20,000 nucleotides of DNA from Asterionella formosa (Eukaryota): NCBI GenBank assembly GCA_002256025.1, contig NKIB01012947.1:47551-67550 (forward strand), given 5' to 3'. Position 1 is the stretch's first letter, and every line of letters begins with the position of its first letter. This document shows positions 1-7,943 of the stretch, in pieces. The notes beneath the pieces were generated by a model, which saw only the letters and a program-made list of their open reading frames with translations, ran no database searches and was not told the DNA's origin. The position numbers were made by a program, and so were the translations under genes.

Positions 1-505
1 CTTTTGAATTCATACGGGGTCTGGCAGGAGGTGGAGGACGAATGGGAGAGGGGGGTGCCTGGGATCGCATAGTCAATTGGCTTGGCGCACGTGGCTGGAA
101 GGGTGCAATCTGAACTATCGTTGAGAAGTAGCAGCAGCAATGAGTCGTTGCACAAGTTACCGTTGATTCAAGTTGCAGTCTAATGAACACGCCTTGGATA
201 GAGTTGAGCAATTGATTTGGTATGAATGGAAGTGAAGCAGGGTGTAGCGCAAACTGAAGCAATAAAGTAATGCCGGTAAATATGTTCTTTTTTCGTGGAG
301 TTTGGTCCCGTGCCCATCACAGTATTGAGAACCTAGCGAGAGCCTTGTTCCAGCAACCACCACAGCGTGATAAGCAAGCGGCACCATCAAGCACCCAAAG
401 AAGGCGGCAGAATTTAACGGGTGCAGTTGCAACTATAAATGAGAGCGCGGAGCTCTCAGAACCAAGATACCAGTGGTCCTTTCACAAGAAACACCACCAG
501 GCACA

Positions 506-546
506 ACCGGTAGACTGCAGTACCTGGTACCAGGTAGTCTACCGGT
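506..546. repeat. Long imperfect palindrome within a GTAC/CCWGG-rich low-complexity tract (~460-770)
   Basis: ACCGGTAGAC[TGCAG]TACCTGGTACCAGGTAGTCTACCGGT: 18-bp arms pair perfectly apart from a 5-nt bulge at 516-520. The core 521-536 is a perfect 16-bp palindrome. Confidence 0.9.
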
Positions 547-902
547 ACCGCACTCGGAGTCGATCGGAGTATCATGGTACCCTGGTTCCGGTACTACCGG
601 TATAACATGTACTGGAATGTATATACAGCTACAAGTAGCAGCTAGTAGCTGTAATACAAAGGGGCAGCAGGTACTCCGTACTCCAGAACCAGGTAACAGG
701 TACTCCTGTACCTGGTATGGTATCCTCCTTGCTATCGGACGTGGTACCTGGACCAGGTCCTGCGTAGCTACATAAACCTCGGCGTCCTCAGCATCCTTTG
801 TCTCATCGCTCACATGCATCATTGTTGTATAAACAAAATTGGCTGTTATTCAATACTTCAACTTTTGTTCAAGATAAATACAGCACCTACAACGTCGGTG
901 AA

Positions 903-1493
903 ATGACTTGTCAAATTCTGTTCCTCTTCCTAGTCCTCGTGACGCTTCTGTCACTGACACTCGCTCTTGGTGATGCTCAAGACGACAGCTCATTGGAATA
1001 CAATGCGGACGAAGTTGCCTTCTTCGATGCATGCGTCAATGGCAAAATGGATGTTTTGAAAGGAATAATAGTGAAATTCTCCGATTGGGTTCACAAAGTG
1101 ACAAACGACGGGGAACATTGCCTTCACTTGGCTGCCATTCAAGGTCAACCAGAAGTTACAACCTATATGCTTCAACAAGGTGCCGACCCCAATGTTCGTA
1201 CATCCTTTAGCGGAGGCCTACGAATGCATCCATTGAGCTGGAATGTCTATAGGGGAGATTATGACAATGTCAAGTCGCTGTTAGATGGAGGGGCGAATGT
1301 GAATTTAGATTTTGATGACATGGGGGAGGAGCAGAGGAAAGTCACTGTCTTGGATATATCGACTCGTTTGGTAAAAGGTACAAAAGCGAAAGGAGAAGAA
1401 GATGTGCTAGATAAATTTGATATCACGCATCAATATCTCTTGACTCGAGGTGCTAAACATTACATGGAAATAGAAATGCTACTTAATAGTTGA
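903..1493 (+). CDS. Ankyrin-repeat protein with predicted signal peptide, paralog 1 (196 aa)
   Basis: First in-frame ATG at 903 gives hydrophobic N-terminus MTCQILFLFLVLVTLLSLTLALG. Ankyrin motifs GEHCLHLAAIQGQPEVTTYMLQQGADPN and HPLSWNVYRGDYDNVKSLLDGGANVN. Start matches the paralog at 4265. Confidence 0.88.
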   Translation: MTCQILFLFLVLVTLLSLTLALGDAQDDSSLEYNADEVAFFDACVNGKMDVLKGIIVKFSDWVHKVTNDGEHCLHLAAIQGQPEVTTYMLQQGADPNVRTSFSGGLRMHPLSWNVYRGDYDNVKSLLDGGANVNLDFDDMGEEQRKVTVLDISTRLVKGTKAKGEEDVLDKFDITHQYLLTRGAKHYMEIEMLLNS

Positions 1494-1683
1494 ACGAAGG
1501 TATATTTTATGTGATGATAATGTATACCTGGAGTCGTTATTGTTCAATGGTAAGCTACGATTTTATCCTTGCCCTCTGCGTCAGGGCATTGACAGCAGAG
1601 CAATTAGCAGCTCCTCATCAGAAGTGGTAACACACAATCTTTTAATTGAATGAATTGAAAAACATATTTTAGAAAAAATCCAC

Positions 1684-1785
1684 TGAATTGAAAATATACA
1701 ATTTCGATCCAATTTGGTAATATGCCCCTCTTGCATGAATTGAAAATGTACAATTTCGATCCAATTTGGTAATGCCCCTCTTGCA
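1684..1785. repeat. Tandem repeat, 2 copies of ~51 bp
   Basis: TGAATTGAAAATRTACAATTTCGATCCAATTTGGTAA(TA)TGCCCCTCTTGCA at 1684-1735 and 1736-1785. Confidence 0.9.
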
Positions 1786-1811
1786 AGCTGGTTCAGTGGC
1801 CAAAAGCAGGG

Positions 1812-1890
1812 TGCCCCTGTATTATTTGCCAATAGCAATAAAATATTGCCCCTGTATTATTTGCCAATAGCAATAAAATGTTGCCCCTGT
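1812..1890. repeat. Tandem repeat, 35-bp unit, 2 copies plus a partial third
   Basis: TGCCCCTGTATTATTTGCCAATAGCAATAAAATRT starting at 1812 and 1847, with a partial copy at 1882. Confidence 0.9.
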
Positions 1891-2410
1891 TCGATACCAA
1901 TAAATTGGTGACCCTAGATCCAAAAAATCCAAATCAAGGTGGAACCTAAAGGAGCATTCCACTTTTGCACAATATATTGTTGCTCCAGTAGTAATGAAAA
2001 GCCTTGCATGGGATTAGGCCCAAAAGAGGGGCAACACTATACAGTCTATAGCAATACAAAAAGCGTTGCCCCTAAATTGGCATTTTAAAACCCTATGTAG
2101 GATGAAAACAAGAAATTCTTCTTGTTTTGTCTCTTTTTTTGTCAAGTCACACTTCTGGAACCTTTTGTTGTCAAGGAAAATGGATGCGCTTTTGCCTTTA
2201 GGACATTAAGGGGATGCATCAAATGGATACTTCCTGGTACCTGGTACTGCTACAATGTACCAGGTACTGGTACCCTCCTAGCATCTCAACAGTCCACCCT
2301 AAGACTGAAAAAGATGTCACAAAGATACCAACTACAGGGGCAAGCTTGCTTTAGGATACAAACCTTTGACCCCCTATAATGGAATTCAATACATGAAACG
2401 CTTTCGTATG

Positions 2411-2728
2411 TAGTAAAGGATAAACAGATCATGATATAAACAACTGCATTGCAAATCACAACAAACCCAATCGTTGCCAGACACAGAGAAAAACATTTAC
2501 CAAATGTTTAATTCTACTAATGTGTGCTATATAATTAGTTTCATACCCTGTTGGTTTTACTGCTGGCTGGTACCAGCCAGGTAGCTGTTGGCTGGCTGCC
2601 CGGTATAAATCCATGGGTTGTTCAACATACATATGTATTGGTCATAAATATTTCCACCATACTGTGCCTGTTCACTATTGAATGACCTTGCTTAGCTGGG
2701 GCACATTGCTTATAATATTTCTCTGCTA
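2411..2728 (-). repeat. 3' LTR of the TRIM-like element
   Basis: Aligns end to end with 3659-3975 and is preceded on the minus strand by the polypurine tract. Confidence 0.88.
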
Positions 2729-3658
2729 CTCCCCTTCATTCAAGCTGTTAATCAATGTATGGTGGTTGCCACAAGATTTCCCAGGTTTGCTGTGGAATCA
2801 ATCTGAAATTTGAACAAATATGGAGAAGTATCTCATCAATTCATTTGCCTGATTTCTGTGATGCAATAAGCTCCCCTTTCTGCTATTCTGATGCCATGGG
2901 ACATATCTCCCCTATCTGCGGTGTTCCAGCCAGTGACAAGTGGCAGGTGAAAAGAAGAAAGATAACCAAGATTACAGTCTCCCTCTCACCATAGTGTAGG
3001 GTTCTTGTACATGCTGGCAAAGGAGTCCTTGGTTGTTGGGAGAGTAAAATAATAGAGAAAAACCCCATGTTATGATACTTTTGCTGTTGCTGTGAGCATC
3101 TGAGTAGGCTAGATCCAGCAGTATCCCCCCCATTTAAGAGAATTGGCAAGCCAAGGGTTGACGATGCTTGATAGATGGGAACAAGACATGCTGGGGTGTG
3201 GCAACACAGGAAAAAAAGGCTGGTATTGATGATGGAAAACAGCATATGCAAGATCAACCATGGCTGGTGTGCCGCCAATGTCAAGAGGGTCGTCAAGCCA
3301 AGGGTCCTGGGCGTCCGCAATGGCTAGGGACATGGTGGCGCAGAAGCAAGTGTAAAAGAGAAGAAGGGCCCCTTTGTAAGAAGCTCTTGTGGGCGTAGTG
3401 AGCGTCTTTTTAGACTCGGTACCAAGTAAGGTGGCTGTGTGGGTGGGTGGGGGCACAAGCAAATGGGACCTCTGTACCAAGAGCTGTGCTGGGTAGAGAG
3501 AAATACAACAGTAAATGCAGAGACACACACAAACTACTGAGGCGCACCGCTTCAACACGGTGACTTTTGGTTTGCAACAACAGCTGCTTTGACCAGATGG
3601 AATCTGCGTCAAAGTACAATGGGTCCAAGGAGGAGAGGAGCGGAAAGGTCTGATAAAC

Positions 3659-3975
3659 TAGTAAAGGATAAACGGATCATGATATAAACAACTGCATTGC
3701 AAATATGACAAACCCAATCATTGCTGGACAGAGAATACTTATACCAAATGTTTAATTCTACTAATGTGTGCTATATAATTAATTTCATACCCTGTTGGTT
3801 TTACTGCTGGCTGGTACCTGGTACCAGCCAGGTAGCCGTTGGCTGGCTGCCCGGTATAAATCCATGGGTTATTCAACATACATATGTTTTGGTCATACAT
3901 ATTTCCACCATACTGTGCCTGTTCACTATTGAATGACTTTGCTTAGCTCACGTTGCTTGTAATATTTCTCTGCTA
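3659..3975 (-). repeat. 5' LTR of the TRIM-like element
   Basis: Aligns end to end with 2411-2728. Minus-strand termini are TAGCAGAG...CTTTACTA. Confidence 0.88.
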
Positions 3976-4264
3976 GTATGTACGTACTATTTCTTTTTAT
4001 TCTCCGTCGAAAACAGTACATACTGGTATTATATATCCATGCATGAGAAATGAAAAGAATTCATTTATTATCCGCTGTATGATGATACCGGTATACTGGT
4101 AGTCATGAAATAAACCGGTCATAATTAAATGTACAATACCGTATTCACATTACAGTCATCATCGAACATATTTTGTTACAAGAATATTAGGCTTGACCTT
4201 CAAACCCTTCTCCTCGTCATCTCACCATTGATTATTCTACTTGGTGAATACAGTAACAACCACA

Positions 4265-4873
4265 ATGATTTGTCAAAACTTGTTCCTCTCTCTGATCCTC
4301 TTGACGCTACCGTCACGGTCGCTCGCACAAAACGATGCTCAAGTTTATCGTCAAGACGATGGCGTATCTGAATGCCAGTCCGACATGGCGCAAGACGAAG
4401 TTGCATTCTTCAAGGCATGCGTTAATGGAATAATGGACGTTTTGAAAGCAATCATAGAGATTCACCCCAAATGGGTCCACAAAGTGACCAAGGACGGGGA
4501 ACATTGCCTTCACTTGGCTGCCATTAAAGGTCAAACAGAAGTGACAACTTATATGCTTCAACAGGGTGCCGACCCCAATGTTCGCTCTACCTTTAGCGCA
4601 GGCCTACGAATGCATCCGTTAAGCTGGAATGTTTATCGAGGAAATTATGAAAACGTCAAGGTGCTGTTAGATGGAGGGGCGAATGTAAATTTGGATTTTG
4701 ATGCTTTGAATGAGGACCAGAAGGTCGTAACTGCTTTGGATATATCGACTCGTTTGGTAATGGCGTCCATAAAGCCAAAAGGACACGAATATCTACAGGA
4801 TAAATTTGATATCACGAATGAATATCTCTTGGATCGAGGAGGTAAGCTCTACATGGAAATCAACAACATCTGA
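4265..4873 (+). CDS. Ankyrin-repeat protein with predicted signal peptide, paralog 2 (202 aa)
   Basis: ATG at 4265 gives MICQNLFLSLILLTLPSRSLA. The ankyrin block GEHCLHLAAIKGQTEVTTYMLQQGADPNVR...HPLSWNVYRGNYENVKVLLDGGANVN is nearly identical to that of 903-1493. Confidence 0.88.
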   Translation: MICQNLFLSLILLTLPSRSLAQNDAQVYRQDDGVSECQSDMAQDEVAFFKACVNGIMDVLKAIIEIHPKWVHKVTKDGEHCLHLAAIKGQTEVTTYMLQQGADPNVRSTFSAGLRMHPLSWNVYRGNYENVKVLLDGGANVNLDFDALNEDQKVVTALDISTRLVMASIKPKGHEYLQDKFDITNEYLLDRGGKLYMEINNI

Positions 4874-6327
4874 ATATTTGAAAAAAACTCAAGGGGGTAG
4901 TATTATATGATGCTTGTTAAATCTCTGATTATTTAATGAATTCTGACCACACCATGCTATAGATTCTTTTCAGCAGATTAGACTTGGTTGATCTGCAATA
5001 GCGATGTTTAATTCCGGAAAAATCTGAGAACCAATTGTTGGGTTCGACTCCCTCACTCCTCACACAGTGAATTCTGGTGAAACCATGCTTTTCATTTAGT
5101 TTTCCAGTTTCTTTGCAGTAGATTATACTTCGTTGTTCTATCTAGTCAATTTTATTCCAACAAATATTTTTCGAAGCAATTGTTGAGTTCGATTTCCCAC
5201 CTTTCTTGCCACCCCACAAGGCAGGTCTTTGCCTGGACTGGTGTACAAGAAAAAGTGGGTTGCCCCCTTGCAAGTAGCTTGTGTTGCCTTCCTAGGCTGT
5301 ACGAGTTCCCCCTAGCTAACAATGCTACAGCTATGACGCCCACATTTCATGAACAAAGGTGAATGGAGAATCACCTATACAAACAAAACTAGAAAAGTAC
5401 AATTTTTGTTGGCAGGTACTGCCTAGTAGCTAGCACAATGATCACAAGCTTAGAAAGCAAGTATGGATGGGCTACACTGAACAAAAGACATGGTATTTTT
5501 ATCATCAGAACCCTCACCCAGACCCATTGAATGCTCACAAATTGGAGGCAAATATCTGAATGTAGTGGGATCTTACTAGCATTGTGGCCTACTTTCAGAA
5601 AGCCATTTCTAATATCAGACGCAAGATTTTATAGGTCCCATGAGCTGAAGACAATGGCATCTGGTGCCAATCATCCAATCTCAGCAGTGACAATTGAAAA
5701 GGCAAAGTAAAGCCAAGACATCCGTGCATATGTTAAGGATTGATACAATGCAAACGCGACCATCAACAACCAATCAGGGACAGTCGAAATCGCTCGTGGA
5801 GTTTTCCTATATAGTACCCCCTGGTAGTGCGAGTAAACATCTAAGATACAAAACTCATACCACTATTTTTACCTCCGCTTACCGGTACCGGTTAATACCG
5901 GTATGTATTACATCTAGTAACAAACCCATCATGAGCGACCTATTTGTTCTTCGAAACTCCCGCCTGGATCAAGTACGTACGAATGTAGATTTTTCCGGGC
6001 GGAGAATGACATGCCGAAGAACAAACATACTCCCAAGATATACTACCGGTATATGCGGTAATGATGCACCATCATGTTTAATAGATACTCCAACGAGCAG
6101 GGTGCCCTGGTACTGTTTACTTAGGACCCCTATATACCGGTATGCGTCGGTTTGATATCAATTCTCAGCTGTCATCACTCTTGTTTGTAACTGACAGCAT
6201 GATCAGCGATCGTGTTCACTGCTCTTCATGTTCTGAAATACAACGAGGATTATTAGGTGTCAAGGCGATCGCTGGCTGCTTAATTCTTGGACGCCTATAA
6301 GGATAAATAAACAGTTTGGTGTCCATC

Positions 6328-7728
6328 ATGGCTTCAGGCATCCATCGCCTCGATGCATCCCTCGTCAACAAAGACGGCTTGACATATCAAGCTGGTTTCG
6401 GCAATTCCTTCGCGTCTGAATTTATTGCAGGAGCCTTGCCTCGAGGTAGGAATAATCCCAGAAAGGTGCCATATGGTCTTTACGCTGAACAGCTCTCCGG
6501 AACAGCCTTTACTGCACCACGAAATGGGAACCGACGAACATGGCTCTATCGCATCCACCCCAGTGTGGTTGGGACTGAGAGCTCATTCCAGAAATGCGCT
6601 ACCACGTATCCATCTCATTTTGGACATTTGCAGGACTTGCAACTCGACCCAAACCCCATGAGATGGTGTAGTCTACCTTTACAAACGGGGGTCGATTTTG
6701 TTTCAGGCATGAGGACGTTACTCTCCAGCGGCTCGCCCCTCACCAAGAATGGACTCGCTATTAGCATGTATTCGTTTGATAGAGACATGCGGAATGTGCA
6801 TATGTATAACTCTGACGGAGACTTTATGATTGTTCCCCAACAAGGATCGTTACTGATCCATACTGAGCTGGGCAAAATGGTTGTGTCCCCCAACGAGATC
6901 TGTGTCATTCCTCGCGGCATTGTCTTTGCTGTCAACAAGCTAAACAGCAACGACCCACCTACTCGCGGCTATGTCCTAGAAATATTCAAAGGACACTTTG
7001 AATTGCCAGAGCTCGGGCCGATTGGGAGCAATGGTCTAGCAAACACTCGAGATTTCCTCCACCCGTCGGCGTGGTGTGTACCAAAACAAGACTACCAAAC
7101 TAACTGTACGATTCTTAACAAATTTGGAGGCGAACTATTTACGCGGCAGTCGCCACACTCTCCTTACAATGTGGTCGCATGGCACGGAAATTACGTTCCC
7201 TTCACGTATGATTTGACCAACTTTTGTGCCGTCAACTCTGTCACTTACGACCATTTGGATCCATCCATTTATACTGTCTTGACGGTGGCCGGTAGCGAAC
7301 CTGGAACTGCGCTTGCTGACTTTGTCATTTTCCCATCTCGCGTCATGGCGACAGATTCCAACACATTGCGACCACCGTGGTTTCATCGAAACTGTATGAC
7401 GGAATTCATGGGATTGATATCTGGAGGCTATGATGCCAAAGAAGGTTTTGTGGCTGGTGGAGCCTCCTTGCATAGTTGCATGACGCCCCATGGACCCGAT
7501 AATGTTTCATATAACACGGCAGTGTTGGATCCATGTGAGGTACCAGTGAAGTTTACAGGAGGCTTGGCGTTTATGTTTGAGACAAATATGATTTTGCAGT
7601 TGACCAAGTACGCCAGAGAAGCAGGTCATAGAGATATGGCATATCCCGAGTGCTGGGCGGGCCTCGACGACACATTTAGCGGATGGAGCCTGCTGGAGGA
7701 TCCTACGAGAGACAAGAAACAGGAATAG
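6328..7728 (+). CDS. HGD: Homogentisate 1,2-dioxygenase
   Basis: Family motifs GLYAEQLSGTAFTAPR, RTWLYRIHPSV, LPELGPIGSNGLAN, VVAWHGNY, DHLDPSIYTVLT, RPPWFHRNCMTEFMGLI (Fe ligands His and Glu) and GGASLHSCMTPHGPD (His ligand). Uninterrupted ORF with first ATG at 6328. Confidence 0.97.
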   Translation: MASGIHRLDASLVNKDGLTYQAGFGNSFASEFIAGALPRGRNNPRKVPYGLYAEQLSGTAFTAPRNGNRRTWLYRIHPSVVGTESSFQKCATTYPSHFGHLQDLQLDPNPMRWCSLPLQTGVDFVSGMRTLLSSGSPLTKNGLAISMYSFDRDMRNVHMYNSDGDFMIVPQQGSLLIHTELGKMVVSPNEICVIPRGIVFAVNKLNSNDPPTRGYVLEIFKGHFELPELGPIGSNGLANTRDFLHPSAWCVPKQDYQTNCTILNKFGGELFTRQSPHSPYNVVAWHGNYVPFTYDLTNFCAVNSVTYDHLDPSIYTVLTVAGSEPGTALADFVIFPSRVMATDSNTLRPPWFHRNCMTEFMGLISGGYDAKEGFVAGGASLHSCMTPHGPDNVSYNTAVLDPCEVPVKFTGGLAFMFETNMILQLTKYAREAGHRDMAYPECWAGLDDTFSGWSLLEDPTRDKKQE

Positions 7729-7943
7729 TTACAGCGCACTGGTTATACCACAAGCCTCGAAGGAAAGCTGTATCCTTTGTGTCACCGGCAACTACGGTTG
7801 CAATAAATGCCGTATAGAGATGAGTACACGTCGCAAGAAAAGTTACATTTGTCTTGTTACATCATGTCAAACAACGAACAACACGTCATGCTACATTGAT
7901 GCATTAATCTTCCTTGACATGCAGTAATGTAGCGATTATCCCT

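Larger units (their letters stand above)
2411..3975 (-). mobile_element. Non-autonomous LTR retroelement (TRIM-like), 1565 bp
   Basis: Direct repeats of ~318 bp at 2411-2728 and 3659-3975. The 5-bp TSD GTATG lies at 2406-2410 and 3976-3980. A polypurine tract AATGAAGGGGAG (minus strand, 2740-2729) abuts the 3' LTR. A PBS-like GTTTATCAGACC follows the 5' LTR. No recognisable RT or integrase in the 930-bp interior. Confidence 0.85.

Noticed and set aside
1..315. Stop-free minus-strand frame running off the window (…APPSPIRPPPPARPRMNSK)
   Set aside because: No clear start and no recognisable domain. It cannot be judged without the adjacent sequence.
270..822. Overlapping short ORFs on both strands (YQVPGT-like peptides)
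   Set aside because: Artefacts of the palindromic GTAC/CCWGG-rich tract, with no protein-family features.
1684..1890. Repeat arrays as a possible CRISPR locus
   Set aside because: Units are head-to-tail with no unique spacers, there are no cas genes, and the context is eukaryotic.
2883..3612. Minus-strand ORFs inside the small LTR element
   Set aside because: No Gag, RT or integrase motifs recognised. They may be a gag remnant, but this is unsupported.
5040..5052. GGGTTCGACTCCC resembling a tRNA T-loop / B-box
   Set aside because: Only a 3-bp stem, and no acceptor, D or anticodon arms could be built.
5150..5700. Protein-like fragments with stops (e.g. RKQVWMGYTEQKTWYFYHQNPHPDP)
   Set aside because: No recognisable family and too fragmentary to call a pseudogene.
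5694..6155. 153-aa ORF upstream of HGD
   Set aside because: Non-ATG start in the track, no domain, and it runs through TACCGGTA-rich intergenic-type sequence.
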